From: the human T2T-CHM13v2.0 reference genome, Homo sapiens
Length of the DNA: 64,000 nucleotides
Strand: one strand, 5' to 3'
Assembly (NCBI RefSeq): GCF_009914755.1
Contig: NC_060928.1
The notes below the pieces were generated by a model, which saw only the letters and a program-made list of their open reading frames with translations, had not been told where the DNA came from and searched no databases. This document shows, piece after piece, positions 1-15,109 of this stretch; within the stretch, counting starts at the first letter, position 1; the number at the start of each line of letters is the position of its first letter. A program made the translations under genes and the position numbers.

Positions 1-139
1 CAGCTAATTTTTTGTATTTTTAGTAGAGACAGGGTTTCACTATGTTGGTCAGGCTGGTCTCAAACTCCTGACCTCGTGATCTGCCCACCTCGGCCTCCAA
101 AAGTGCTAGGATTACAGGCGTGAGCAAACATGCCCGGCC
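1..139 (-). mobile_element. Alu (AluS/Y-type), left arm and linker; cut by window edge
   Basis: Reverse-complement Alu: ttttgtatttttagtagagac...ctcctgacctcgtgatctgccc...gattacaggcgtgagc...cccggcc. Confidence 0.95.
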
Positions 140-749
140 AATATGTTTATTTTTAACAATGTACTTCAGAATGAGATAATCTGGGATTATGTATTTAAGT
201 TTATGTATTTTCAGACTACACAAATAATGGATAGATTACGAATTTCACAATATTTCTGGTCTTTCAGAGTGTACATGAAAAGACTTTCTTTAAATCTAAG
301 AATTGCATGCTTTTCTGAAAAATATAAGTTATGTGAGCCATGAACTTTTATATTATAACTACTGCAGATGTTGTGAGCATATATGCTAGATGTTAGTGTG
401 GTAATTGAAAAGTAATTTAGGTAAAAATAAACATTTCATTCATTTACAAACTTTATGAGAACACTGATTTTATCTTATTTAGATCAAATATATGTTCTTT
501 TCAATATGGTGAAAATACAACAGGGATCATAATCAAACTCCTTTTTGTACTTTTAAAGGCTGTAAATCAGAAAAGGTTAAAGGAATTCATAGTTTTTCTC
601 CTTTGTTTGCCAAGGTTGCTGTTGATATTTACTCCAAAGTGGCCAATAGAACTAATGTCATATAAAGTTTCAGAGTTTACTGTCTTTTTGCCTTTGGACT
701 CAATCAGAGTGTTGTACTTTCTGTTTATTTGCTTTGCTCTTATTTATTT

Positions 750-1370
750 TTAATAAGTTTATTGGGACGTAATCCTCATAACATTCAATTCACCAACTTA
801 AATTGTATAATTTGATGTTTTAAAATATATTCATAGTTGTACAATCATCACTAGAATAAATTTTAGAATATTCTGCCACCCTAAAAAGAAACCTCATATC
901 CATTACCAGTCACTCCTCACTCACCTCTATTCTTACCCACTTCCTCATCCCTAGGCAACAACTAACCTATTTCCTGTATCTATGGATTTGATTCTGGATG
1001 TTTCATATAAAGACAGTCATACAACATATAGTCTTTTGGCTCCTCTCACTTAGCATAATATTTTCAAGGTTCATTTATGTTGTGGTGCATATCAACACTT
1101 CATTCCTCTTTGTGGCTGAATAATATCCTATTATAAGACTATACCACTTTATTCGTTTGTCAGTTAATAGAGTGGCAAAGTGGATTGTTTTCACATTTTG
1201 GGTATTACAAATTATGCTACTATGAACATTTGTGTATGAATTTTTGTGTGGATATATGTTTTGTTGATCTTGACTATACACTTAGGAATGGAACTTTTGG
1301 GTCATATGGTAACTCCCTGTTTAGTATTTTGAGAAGCTGCCAAACTGTTTTCCAAAGTGGTTGGATTTGA
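750..1370 (-). mobile_element. Old L1 (L1MB/L1MC-type) 3' end fragment
   Basis: Antisense L1M 3'UTR/ORF2-end motifs (cacttagcataatattttcaaggttcatt, gaagctgccaaactgttttccaaagtgg); ORF 1075..1281 resembles the ORF2 C-terminus. Confidence 0.85.
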
Positions 1371-2879
1371 TTTATTTTAACATTATCTTACATCTACTTT
1401 GAATAAGAATTTGAGTCAACTTGATACAGATACTTGAGTTTGGCATTGTGTGTCCTCTCTGAGCCTTCAAGACAATCACATTTTTTCAGCTTACTCTGTG
1501 TGTTCTGCATAAGACAGATGATTAGAATAATTGGAGGGCTTGTCTTGTCCTATGTGCTGGAATTTGGCTCTCTGTGACTTTCATTACAAGGTGGTGCTTT
1601 AGTTACTTGAGGTCTTGCCAGTCCTTATTTCCTTAGTGTGTTCAGCTGCCTTCAGGTAGTGAGAGTTAGCTCTATCCAAGCAAGGATTTCAGGCTGAGAA
1701 AATGAAGTTTGTTCATATAAGGCCACACATGCATTGATTTTTCCCTGTAAACTTACAAGTTAAGGATGATTCATTGACAAGTGTGGGAATCCTGGGATAG
1801 TCTACGGCTTGATTTGTCTGTGTAGTATGGTGCCATATGAATAGATGTACAAAAATTGGGGGTTATTGATAAGTGTGTCAAATACCTGAGATTAGAGCTA
1901 AAGATAAGAGACCCATGTGCTGTAGATCACCACACCCTGAGCAGTGGAGAGCATGCAGGAGAACTTTCTCTCGACTGAATAAAATCTGTGCAGCGATGAG
2001 GGAGGCGGACGGAACAGTGATGTGTGTTATGCACTGAAGTGTAACAGAGACTAGCTGCCTTGAGCAATCTGGAGAGCTCTGAAACATTGGAAATAATTTT
2101 TCTTGATATACCACAAAGACCTCTGCAGGCTTTGATACCTAAAAACCTCTGCAGGTCCAGTGTGGAAAACTTCTCCCTCTCATGCAATCCTCTGAACAAC
2201 ATGAGGCATTAGAGACCTGGTGATAGCTGTCCTACACAGCTAATAAAAGCCACGTGGGGCTACTACTATAATCAGGAGCTGCTGATGGGAACAACTAGCT
2301 TCTAGGGAGAACATTCTCTAAAACTGCCTCTAGTATCAATTTGGAAAGAACTAATTTTCTATGGTGTCTCCTAGCCTCTGACAACTGAGGATGAGTAGCT
2401 TGAAGAAAAAAGTGGCCAACTCCTTCTTGTAATTGCCAACCTCACATTTGACTGTTATTTTATTTCTTGTCTTTTTTTTTGTATACTAAGAATAGTTTAT
2501 AATTTCTTTCCAAAAAATATGCATAGATTCTGGTCCTCCCGGAGAGACCTGGTGTTATTAACCAACTCTCAGACGTCTGGTGATAAGTACAGTTCAGAAG
2601 GAAAATACTATATAAAAATATAGTTTCTATCTCAAAACTCTAAAACTTATTTAAATCCTTTTAGAAATTATAAAGTAACAATTCAAAAAACAAGGAATAG
2701 AGAAAAATTTCTCACACTTACAAGTATTTTTGTTCTACATTGATTGATATGTTTGTTATATGGCAGCTTCTTGTAACATTTTGTCTAGCCATGTTGCTGC
2801 CAAAAATGGTCTTTCTTTATAATGAGGAAAAATAGCTTTCTATTATAGAGCATTATTGCCTCGTATTATAATTAGCAGG

Positions 2880-3020
2880 GAGATTATGGGATTTGGAGTT
2901 TGTCAGATCTGAGTTGGAATTCCATTCCAGCACAGATTAATTTTGGAGCTTGAACAAGATGCTTATCTTCTTTAAACCACACTTTCAACAGTTTATAAAC
3001 ATGGATAATACCTATCTTGG
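2880..3020 (+). mobile_element. MIR fragment
   Basis: Degenerate MIR core (cagatctgagttggaattcc...ttgaacaagatgctta...atggataatacctatct). Confidence 0.55.
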
Positions 3021-3132
3021 GAAAATTTCATCTGATGGAGCATGTTACTCTGGTGGCCAAGAGTTTTATTTGTTTTTCATCTAGAATCATCAGCTAGGAA
3101 GCCTAATTTTTAAAATCAATGTTTGTTTAGAG

Positions 3133-3367
3133 CAGCGGTCCTCAATTTGGAATGACTTCATTTCTGAAGGTACAATTGGCAAAACCTGGAGACATTTTTG
3201 GTTGTCACGTCTTGGTGGCGGGGGTGCTGCTGTGCCATTGAAATCTAGTGGGGTAGAGGCCAGGGATGCTGCTACATATTCTATGATGCACAGGATCACT
3301 CCCTCCCTACCCTTAACAAAGACTTATCTGGCCCTATATTTCAATAGTGCTGAACTTGAGAAACCTG
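3133..3367 (+). mobile_element. MER20 (hAT-Charlie DNA transposon)
   Basis: Termini cagcggtcctcaa...ttgagaaacctg; internal ggagacatttttggttgtcac and tagaggccagggatgctgcta; perfect 8-bp TSD GTTTAGAG at 3125-3132 and 3368-3375. Confidence 0.92.
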
Positions 3368-3654
3368 GTTTAGAGGAAGGAAACAAAAATGTTCCCACTA
3401 TGAGGACTCCTTCATAAAGGAAAAAATATTGATGTGGCAAATATCACTCTTAAGAGATTATGGTGAGGAACAAGAGAATTGCAACATGTAAATATTGGGT
3501 TTTAAGTATTTAAACCATCCGAGGAAGATAAGAATTGCTAATATTCAAGAGTATAAAAACTTCTGGAAAGATATGTTCTGAAAATGTACTTATGTGAAGT
3601 GAAGCTTGACCCTATATATGTCGTTATGAGTGGAGAAACGCAAAGCAAAACAGC

Positions 3655-4170
<516 letters not shown>

Positions 4171-4885
4171 GATCAATCAATTTCAGTTTTTGTTCCCATG
4201 ATGAAGTTTGGGAATTAGAGTTGTAGATATGAAAGTTATTTTTAACAATAACTTTTATAAATTATGGGAAGAAAATGGCAGAGGATAGCAGAACCAGCTA
4301 TTAAGATTCTGTATGAATTTTTAGATTTAAATAATTTTACTGGCTTATTTGTGCACATGGCACACACAAAAAGAACAAATTACATTCAGTAAAGAGCAAG
4401 TCTACCTCCTACTCTTTCCATTTGTCTCCTGATTCTTTTGCCGGTGGCAATTTCTGTTTCCAGCTTCTTATGTATTCTTCCATGAGAGGAATCCTTGATA
4501 TTCTGGCCCAAAATTGAGGGAAGTGTACAGTCTTTAGGAGGCCCTGTGGACCAAGGGCAAGGAAACTCAGGTCAGAGAAAGACCAAATTTATAGGTCTGG
4601 ATTTCAGGGAGTAAAACTGACAGTCCTGAACAGGAACCAGGATAAAGACAAAACATAATGGAGGAAAGAGCATTTCTAGAAGACAGGCATTAGGTTATCA
4701 GCTTAGCTGTTGGAAGAGGGAGGGGAAAAACTTTAGAGACAAAAATTACATCCAGAAGCCAAAGAATTGTCTGTAGTTCAAAAAAGAATATAATATCAGC
4801 AACAGCTAGGCTGAAGATGGAGCATAATAGAACAAAAAGAAAAGGTTACTCTCAGGGCCTGGGTTTGCATTAAAATGAAATAATA

Positions 4886-5179
<294 letters not shown>

Positions 5180-5586
5180 TAATAATATGCATGAGTATGA
5201 AGGGAAAAATTAACGACTTTGTACATCTGCCAAGCCAGCTGAGGAGTTTGAAAATGTATTTGGGATTTACCCTAAGAGTATATAATGAATATCCTGAAAT
5301 ATCTGTGGATGATACTGATATTGAACTATGGTTAGACAGCAGTTGCCAGAGCAGGGAAGGTGATAGAGACAGAGAAAATTTTAAAAGTCTTCCCCTCTAT
5401 GCCCATAGCTGATAGCAGAGAAGAGTAATCCTGAGACTCACCAAGGATGGAAATGATATGGCCCCCACCCTGCCAGCCTTAGCTTCACAAACTAGAGGAC
5501 CCTTGATAGCATAGGAGAACCTGTGTGGATTCACGAGAATGACTTACTATTGAGATTCTGCAAGTGAAAGCATGAGATGGACTTGA

Positions 5587-5756
5587 TTTTTTTTTTTTTA
5601 GATGTGGGATCTTGTTATGTTACCCAGGCTGGAGAGCAGTGGCTATTCACAGGTGTGATCGGCACACTATGACCTGGAACTCCTGGCCTCAAGTGACCCT
5701 CCTGCCTCAGCCTCTCAAGCAGCTGGGACTACAGGCTCCTGACACCATATCCAGCT
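5587..5756 (-). mobile_element. FAM (fossil Alu monomer)
   Basis: Single 7SL-derived monomer containing gtggctattcacaggtgtgatc, typical of FAM; poly-T at 5587-5599. Confidence 0.85.
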
Positions 5757-5949
5757 GAACCTGATTTTATATTCCAGTGGCTGACAAACTATTTAACTCC
5801 TCTGAACTACAGATTCTACCCACCTAATTTTTGCCAGTTTGTATGCAAAAGAACAACTTATCACTTTTTATTTTCAAGCCACTTCCCTCCAGCCATGTAC
5901 ATTAAACCCATTTCAAAATAAACTTTGTCAAGAAAGCTTACCTACTTTC

Positions 5950-6690
5950 TAGACTCTAGATCAAAGATGTTTCCCCTCAACTTCCAGGCTTGAAATCTGT
6001 TATTTTCACTCGTCTTGTTGCTTCAATTCTTTCCTTCCTCCAAATGTAATTTGTTAATCCTTTCTTCACAATACTTTTCTCATTCATTGCTACAATGTAG
6101 CTCCTACAACTTATGCAAAATCCTATAACCTTCATGCTTGAACTGTCTTAATAGCCCCTTTGTTGGCATTCTGCCTGCATCCACATCTTTCTCCTCCAGT
6201 CCACTGTCTACCTCAGTCTGTTACACACAGTTTGTGTCTATAGTGACATTACTCCTTTTTCATGAAATATGTCTACCTGCTTTGTTCAGCTAGTGATATC
6301 ATATTCAATCTTTTGGCAACCCCCCTCCTCTGAGTGACCTACCTTATCTCCCCAGGCAGATTTGATGCCTGCCTCAATATCCAATATCTTACCAATGTCC
6401 TACCACTATATACCCTGTTGATATGGCAGTGAGGTTCATACACATATTTTGTATATGTGTATACTAATACTATAGTTTATACCTGTAAAACTAAGATGAT
6501 TATTTCTTATGTGATATGATAAGGTATGGTATGGTAAGGTAAGGCATAAAATAAATATAATGTTATTTATCTGTTATCTATTTTTCACACTAAGCTATGA
6601 GCACCTGGAAGGTAAGGACCATGTATTTTTAACTTGGTACTCAAAAACCATGGTATGGTACATTATACATGTACACAATAAAAAATTATG
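5950..6690 (+). mobile_element. L2 fragments including 3' end
   Basis: Degenerate L2 motifs (ctcctccagtccactgtctac; taagctatgagcacctggaaggtaaggaccatgt...caataaaa). Confidence 0.55.
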
Positions 6691-6764
6691 TGATCTGGTT
6701 TAAGGTGACAGACTAGATGCAGCTGGGATGTGCCTTTTCCATGCACAGAAACCAAAATATCAAG

Positions 6765-7109
6765 TGATATGGTTTGGCTGTGTCCTCACCTAAATCTCAT
6801 CTTGAATTCCCATGTGTTGGGAGAGGGACCCAGGGAGAGGTAATTGAATCATGCGGGGGCAGGTCTTTACCGCCGTTCTCACGGTAGTGAATAAATCACA
6901 TGAGATCTTATGGTTTTAAAAAGAGAAGTTACCCTGCACAACTCTCTCTTTGCCTGTTGCCATCCATGTAAGACGTGACTTACTCCTCCTTGCCTTCTGC
7001 CCTGAATGTGAGGCCTCCCCAGCCATGTGGAACTGTAAGTCCATTAAACCTCCATTTCTTCCGAGTCTCAGGTATGTCTTTATCAGCAGCATGAAAACAG
7101 ACTAAAACA
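6765..7109 (+). mobile_element. THE1 (THE1B-like) solo LTR nested in the L1 5'UTR
   Basis: tgatatggtttggctgtgtcc...ctttatcagcagcatgaaaacagactaaaaca; flanks tcaag/tcaaa (4 of 5 TSD match). Confidence 0.93.
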
Positions 7110-10100
7110 TCAAATAAACCATAGTTGGGAAAGATCTTTTGAGAGAAAATACTAAAACTCAATACAGAGGAAATGGAAGACACTGTGATTGAAGAGGGAA
7201 GAAGTGGGGTTGCCTGCTAGGCAAGAACTGGCCCCCTGGATAAAAGGAAGGGGTGAATGAAGGAGCCCTGGGGCACTGTGTTCCTTCCCTCTGAGATCCT
7301 AGATACAAGAGAGTTCCAAGACCCGTAAAGGTCTTTCTGGCTGGGGGAGCTCCCTGGAAACCACAGAGATGCTGCTTGAACTTTCATGGAGTACAAAATG
7401 CTTCAGTGTGCTGGGCAGCTGCAGCAAAATGTGACTCTGGGCACCAACCCCTGCTCTGTGTCTGACCCCAAGCAGCTGCTACTGCTGCTCTCTGCCATAC
7501 TGGGGAGTGAATGGGGCCTGGGCATGCTCATGTGCCCTAAAGACAAGCTCTACTTCCATTGCCATAGGACTGAAGTGCATCCAAGTCACATGCCCCATGT
7601 CTGCTGTTCCTTCCTAAGACTGCCTGCCTGGCTGTTCTCATACAGGATGACCCACAGTGTAGCTGCCATTGCTCCCCCCTCCCTGAACTCAGTGTTTTGT
7701 TGGTGGTCTGGGAGCAGTTCACTCCTCCCTATTTCAGCCAGAGCTTGAGCCAGAGGGGCCTGAAGACAAGTCAGCTGGCCTAGTCCCAGTTCCCCAGGAC
7801 TTGAGCACACCGACCAGGGGCTTGAGGATGAAATATGTGGTCTGATTTCAAGTCAGGGAGGAGCTCCCACTGTCAGAATACTAAGAGTGTGGCACAGGTT
7901 CATGTGGTACGGGAGCTGGTACCTCTGCCTCTGCAAGACTGGACCAGGAAGGGTGTGGCTAGGTAGTCACGGTTTTTGCCTCAGGAAGTCTTGTGGTCCG
8001 GAATACCTGGAGTGGCTTGGTGATTTGGGTGTGAAAATGTGGAACTAGCCTACTCATCTGGCCAGCTGCTAGGGCTGGATCCTGGAAAAAGACCCTCCAG
8101 GTCAGGAATGTGGGAGCTGGGCAGGCCTCATGGCCACCTGTTGGGCTGAAAACCCTGACTAGCCCCTCTTCCTGTGAGTGGACTCTGTGGCACAGGAGAG
8201 GCACTTTTGCCCCTGCCCCTACCTGGAGGGTTGTCCCAGTGGCCTGAGAGCTGGTTCTAGCCATTGCCAAGGTTGGTGCTTGCGTCCACCTTGGAGAACT
8301 TGGTCATGGGCTTGCCCACCCCAGTCCTACCCAGGTTTGCCCCTTACAGTAGCCTTGGCAGCAGAGCTTGGGGCAGGACACCTGGGAGCTCTATGTCCTG
8401 CCCATCACCTGGGACCCCACAGAACTTCCCCGATTAACAAAGGCCATGCATAAATTCCACTGCCATCACAATTGCCTCTTCCCTACAAGTTCCACCTCTA
8501 GGCCGGGTGATGAACTGCATGTCCCATCACAGCTTTCCTTGATATCATTGTACAGCTCTCAGCTGGCTCTTACCCACAATCACCACCTGCTGGCCTGTAG
8601 AGTGAACTGCACAACCCAATATAATTTCTGCTGCCAGAACTACACAGCACTGGGGGAGAAGATGAGTCTCCTGAGACCTCCACCTCTCCATGTCTGTAGG
8701 AGATAGTGAACCTGACCACACACACAGCCTACCGCTCCCATAACCTAAAAACAACAAGCATTTGAGAAAACTACTATAGGATCTCTATAACTAAGGAGTT
8801 TATATGGAGCCTTGGCCCCCTAAAAGCACAAAGAAACAAAGTCAAAGGACTTTACCCAGCACATGCAACAGTCACATCCTCAAGTGGAAAAATAGCACTC
8901 AAATGAAAGTAAATTCAAAAATAATGAGTGACAGCTTATCCAAACGAGAAGGAATCAGTATAAGAACTCCAACACCATGTAGAAACAGAATGCTGTGACA
9001 TCTTCAAAGGACCACATTAACTCTCTAGCAATAGATTCAAACCAAAATGAAAATTCTGAAATGACAGATCAAAAATGCAAAATATGAATTGTAAAGAAGC
9101 TCATTGAAATCCAAGAGGAAGTTGAAAACCAACGCAAAGAAATCAGAAAAACAATTCAGGATATAAAAAATGAGATAGACATATTTTTTAAAAATCTTAT
9201 AGAATGAAAATTTCACTGAAGGACTTCCAAAATACAGTTGAAAGGGCTAACAATAGACTAGACCAAGCAGAAGAAAAAATTTCAGAGCTTACAGACCAGA
9301 CTTTCAAACCCAGTCTCAGAAAAATAAAGGAAACATAATTTAGAAAAAATGAACAAAACCTTTAAGAAACATGAACCATGTAAAACATGTAAATCTACAA
9401 CTTATAGGCATTCCTGAGGGAGAAAAAGAAAAAGTAAGAAATTTGGAAGACATATTTGAGGCAATAATTGAAGAAAATTTCCCTGATCTTACTAGAGATG
9501 TAGATATCCACATGCAAGAAATTCAGAAAACAACTAGAAGATGCCATACAAGGCAAACATCCCCAAGGCATATAGTTACCAGACTTTCCAAGGTCAATAT
9601 TAAAGAAAAAATAATTTAAAAGGAGCTAGGGAGAAGCATCAAATTACCTATAAAGGAAATCCCATCAGACTAATAACAGACTTCTCAGTGAAATTTTACT
9701 AGCCAGAAGAGATTGGGGGCCTATTTTTAGCCTTCTTAAAGAATAAAAATGCCACCCAGGAATTTGATATCCTGCCAAACTAAGCTTCGTTAAAAAAAGG
9801 AGACGTAGAGTCTTTCTCAGACAAGCAAACACAAATGAAATTCATCATCACTAGACCAGACCTACAAGAAATACTCAAAGGAATTCTAAACATAGAAACA
9901 AAATAATGATACTGACCATAATAAAATCACATATAAATACAAAGCACATAGACTCTATAAAGCAATTATGCAAGTGAGACTACAAAACAACTAGACAACA
10001 ATACCATGAGAGGAACAAACCCTGAAATATCAATATTAACCTTGAATGTAAATGGCCTAAGTGCTCCACTTGAAAGATGCAGACCAGCAAATTGGATAAA

Positions 10101-13100
10101 AAAGCAAACCCAACCATTTATTGCCCACAAGAGACTCAACTAATAGGTATAGATACAGACTCAAAGTTAAAGAATGAAAAATAAGTGGGAGTAGTTACTT
10201 TCATATCAGATAAAACAGACTTTAAATCAGCAACAGCAAAAAAAAAAAGAAGGTCATAATATAATGATAAAGAGTTCAATTCAACAGGAAGATTTAACAA
10301 TCCTAAATATATATGCACCCAATATCAGAGCACCCAGATTCATAAAACAAATACTGATAAACTTAAGAAAAGAGATTGACAGCAATACAATACTAATGTG
10401 GAACTTCAACACCCCCACTGATAGTACTAGACACATAATTGGGGCAGAAAATCAACAAAGAAACTTTGGACTTAAACTGGACTCAAGGCCAAGCGGACCT
10501 AACAGACATTTACAGAATATTCCACCCAATAAATGCAGAATATACATTTTTTTCTTCTGCACATGTAACATTTTCCAAAATACTCCATATCCTTGGTAAT
10601 AAAGCAAGTCTCAATAAATTAAAAAATTGAATGATATCAAGTATCTTCTTGTACAACAGTGAAATAAAATTAGAAATCAATACCAAGAGGAACTCTTGAA
10701 ATTACATGAGTACATGGAAACTAAACAACTTGCTCCTGATTGGCTTTTGGGCAAACAATAAAATTACAGCAGAGACCAAAAAAGTTCTTAAATGAATGAA
10801 GATAGAGACACAACATGCCAAAACCTATGAGATACAGCACAAGCAGGGCTAAGAGGAAAGCTTACGGCATTAAATGTCTACATAAAACATACAGAGAATT
10901 CTCAAATAAACTACTTACTGTCACACCTTAAGGGACTAGAAAAACAAAAATAAACCAAACCTAAAGTAAGCAGAAGAAAAGAAATAACAAAGATCTGGTC
11001 AGAAGTAAATGAGATTGAGACAAAAAATACAAAGGATTAAAGAAATAAAAAGTTGGTTCTTTGAAAGGACAAAGAAAATGGAAAGACTGTTGGCTAGATT
11101 AACAGAAAAGAGAGAGAAGATTCAAATAAGCACAGTCAGAAATGATAAAGGTGACATATAATTTATACACAGAAGTACAAAAGATTATCAGAGACTACTT
11201 CAAGCATATCTATACACACAAACTAGAAAAACTAGAAGAAATGGATAAATTCCTGGAAACATACAATCTTCCAAGATTAAACCAGGAAGAAATAGAAATT
11301 TTGAGCAGACCGATAGAGAGTAATTAAACTGAATTAGTAACAAAAAATCTTCCAACAACAACAAAAAAACCCAGGATCCCAGATGGATTCACAGCCAAAT
11401 TCTACCAGATGTACAAAGAAAAGCTGGTACCTATGTTACTGAAACTATTCCAAAAAGTCAGGAAGGAGGGATTTCTCCCTAATGCATTGTATGAAACCAA
11501 TATCACCCTGATAACAAAATCAGGCAAGCGCACAACAAAAGAAGAAATCTACAGGCCTATATTCCTGATGATCATAGATGAAAAAATCCTCAACGAAATA
11601 CTAGCAAACAAAATCCAATGGCACATAAAAAAGATAATATATCACAATGAAGTGGATTTTATTCTAGGGATGCAAGGATGGTTCAACATACACAAATTAA
11701 TAAATGTGATTCACCACATAAACAGAATTAAAAATAGAAACCATATGATCATCTCAATAGATGTAGAAAAAGCATTAAATAAAATTCAATATCTCTTCAT
11801 AATTAAAACCCCCTATCAAACTAGGCACCAAAGGAACATACCTCAAAATAATAAGATCTATCTATGACAAACCCACAGACAGTATCATGCTGAATGAGGA
11901 AAAGTTGAAAGTATTCCCCCTAAGGATTGGAGCAAGACAATGATGCTCACTCTTACCATTCCTATTTGACACAGTACTGGAAGTCCTAACCAGAGCAATC
12001 AGGCAGGAGAAAGAAATAGCGGGCATCCAGATTGGAAAAGAGGAAGTCAAATCATCTCTGTTTGCTAATGATGTAACTGTTTTACCAAGAAAACCCTAAA
12101 CACTCTTCCAAAATACTCCTAGACCTGATAAATGACTTCAGCAAAGTTTCAGGGTACAAAATCAATGCATAAACATCAGTTACATTTCTATACACCAATA
12201 ACATTGATGCTGAGAATCAAATTAAAAACTCAATCCCATTTATAGTAGCCATAAAAATGCATAGAAATACATTTAACCAAGGAGTTGAAAGATCTCTACA
12301 AGGAGAACTATAAAACACTGATGAAAAAAAAATTGTCAGTGACAGAAATTAAGGGGAAAAAACCCGATGTTCATGGATGGAAAGAATCAATATTATTAAA
12401 AATGATCATACTACCCCAAACAGTCCACAGCTTCAATGCAGTTCCTGTAAAATTACCAAGTTCATTTTTCACAGAATTAGAAAAAACAATCTTAAAGTTC
12501 ATACAGAATGAAAAAACAAAAAACAAAACAAAAAAAGAGCCCACATAGCCAAAGCAATCCTAAGCAAAAATAACAAGCTTGGAGGTATCACATTACTTCA
12601 AATTACAGTACAAGACTATGGTAACTAAAACAGCATGGCAGCAGTATGAAAATATTAATAAACACATAGATCAATGGAACAGAATACAGAACAAAGAAGT
12701 AAAACCACATACCTAAAACAAACTGATCTTAGACCAAGTTGACAAAAATCAACAATGGGCGGAAAGGATATCCTATTCAATAAATAATGTTAGGAAGACT
12801 GGCTAGCTATATGCAGAAAAATGATACTTTCTCACAGTATACAAAAATTAACTCAAGATGTATTAAAAATCTAAACATGAGGCCTGAAACTATAAAAATC
12901 CTAGAAGATAACCTAGGAAAAACTCTTCTGGACATAGGCTTAAGAAAAGAATTTATGACTAAGACCTCAAAAGCAAATGCTACTGAAACAAAAATAGACA
13001 AATGAGACTTAATTAAAAGCTTCTGCACAACAAAAGAAACAATCAACAGAGTAAACATATAGCCTATAGAAGGGGAGAAAATATTTGCAAATTATGCATC

Positions 13101-13182
13101 TGATGAATGACTAATATTCAAAATCTTCAAGGAACTCAAACTCAACAAGAAAAATTCAAATAACCCCATTAAAAAATAGACA

Positions 13183-13569
<387 letters not shown>

Positions 13570-13639
13570 TCAGAGAGATGCAAATTATACCACAATGATA
13601 TACTATCTTACATCAGTCAGAATGGCTATTATTAACATT

Positions 13640-15109
13640 ATTATTGTTTTAACTTTTTTCTTAAGTTCAGGAGTACATGTGCAGATTTGTTAGGTAGGTA
13701 AACTCATGTCATGTGGGTTTGTTGTAAAGATTATTTCATCACCCACGTATTAGGCCTATTACTCATTAGTTATTTTTTCTGATCTTTTCCCTCCTCCCAC
13801 CCTCTACCCTCAAGTAGGCTGCAGTATCTGTTGTTCCCCTCTATGTGTCCATGTGTTCTCATCATTTGGCTCCCACCTATAAGTAAGAACATGTGGTATT
13901 TGGTTTTCTGTTCCTGCACTAGTTTACTAAGGATAATGACCTCCAGCTTCATCCATGTTCTTGGCAAAAGATGTGATCTCATTCTTTTTTGTAGCTGCAT
14001 AGTATTCCATTGTGTATACATACCACATTTTCTTTATCCAGTCTGTCATTGATGGAAATCTAGGTTGATTCCATGTCTTTGCTGTTGTGAATAGTGCTGC
14101 AGTGAACATTTGTGTGCATGTGTCTTTACCGTAGAATGATTCATAGTCCTTTGGGTATATACCCAATAATGGGATTGCTGGATCAAATGGTAGTTCTGTT
14201 TTTAGCTCTTTGAGGAATCACCATATTGCTTTCCACAACGGTTGAATCAATTTACACTCCAACCAACAGTGTATAAGTGGCATATATTTCTCCACAACCT
14301 GGCCAGCACCTGTTATTTTTTGACTTTTTAATAACAGTCATTCTTACTTGCGTGAGATAGTATCTCGTGGTTTTGACTTTCATTTCTCTAATAATCAGTG
14401 ATATTGGACTTTTATTCATATACTTGTTGGCTACATGTATGTGTTTTTTTTTGAAAAGTGCCTGTTCATGTCCTTTGCTCACCTTTTAGTGGGTTGTTTC
14501 ATTTCTTTTCGTGTAAATTTAAGTTCTTTATAGATACAGGGTATTAGAGCTTTGTCAGATGCATAGTTTGCAAATATTTTCTCCCATCTGTAGGTTGTCT
14601 GTTTACTCTGTTGGTAGTTTCTTTTGCTGTGCAGAAGCCCGTAAGTTTAATTACATACCATTTGTCAGTTTTTAGTTTGGTTGTGATTGCTTTTGGCATC
14701 TTCATCATGAAATCTTTGCCCATGCCTCTGTTCAGAATGGTATTGCCTAGGTTGTCTTCCAGAGCTTTCTTTTTTTTTCTGTTTTTTTTTTTTTTGAGAT
14801 GGAGTCTCACTGTGTTGCCCAGGCTGGAGTGCAGTGGCACGATCTCGACTCACTGCAAGCTCTGCCTCCCAGTTCACGTCATTCTCCTGCCTCAGCCTCC
14901 CAGGTAGCTGGGACTACAGGTGCCTGCCACCATGCCTGGCTAATTTTTTTGTATTTTTAGTAGAGACGGGGTTTCACCTTGTTAGCCAGGATGGTCTCCA
15001 TCTCCTGACCTCATGAACCTCCCGCCTCGGCCTCCCAAAGTTGCTGGGATTACAGGCGTTGAGCCACCGTGCCTGGCCTTCCAGAGTTTTTATAGTTTTG
15101 GGTTTTACA
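13640..15109 (-). mobile_element. L1PA13-16-type 3' fragment (about 1.15 kb of L1 plus a nested Alu)
   Basis: Antisense 3'UTR (gtacatgtgcagatttgtt...gattatttcatcaccca) and ORF2 C-terminus (TAKTWNQP, MEYYAA). Confidence 0.9.
14766..15078 (-). mobile_element. AluY-like
   Basis: ctgcaagctc, gttagccaggatggtctc; TSD TTCCAGAG at 14757-14764 and 15079-15086. Confidence 0.95.

Noticed and set aside
1886-1974. Possible minus-strand exon (ttttattcAG ... CAG|GTATTT)
   Set aside because: Short pyrimidine tract and weak donor; no recognisable peptide.
7386-8760. Cluster of ORFs and higher GC as a gene or CpG island
   Set aside because: It lies in the L1 5'UTR, CpGs are largely decayed, and no recognisable protein is encoded.
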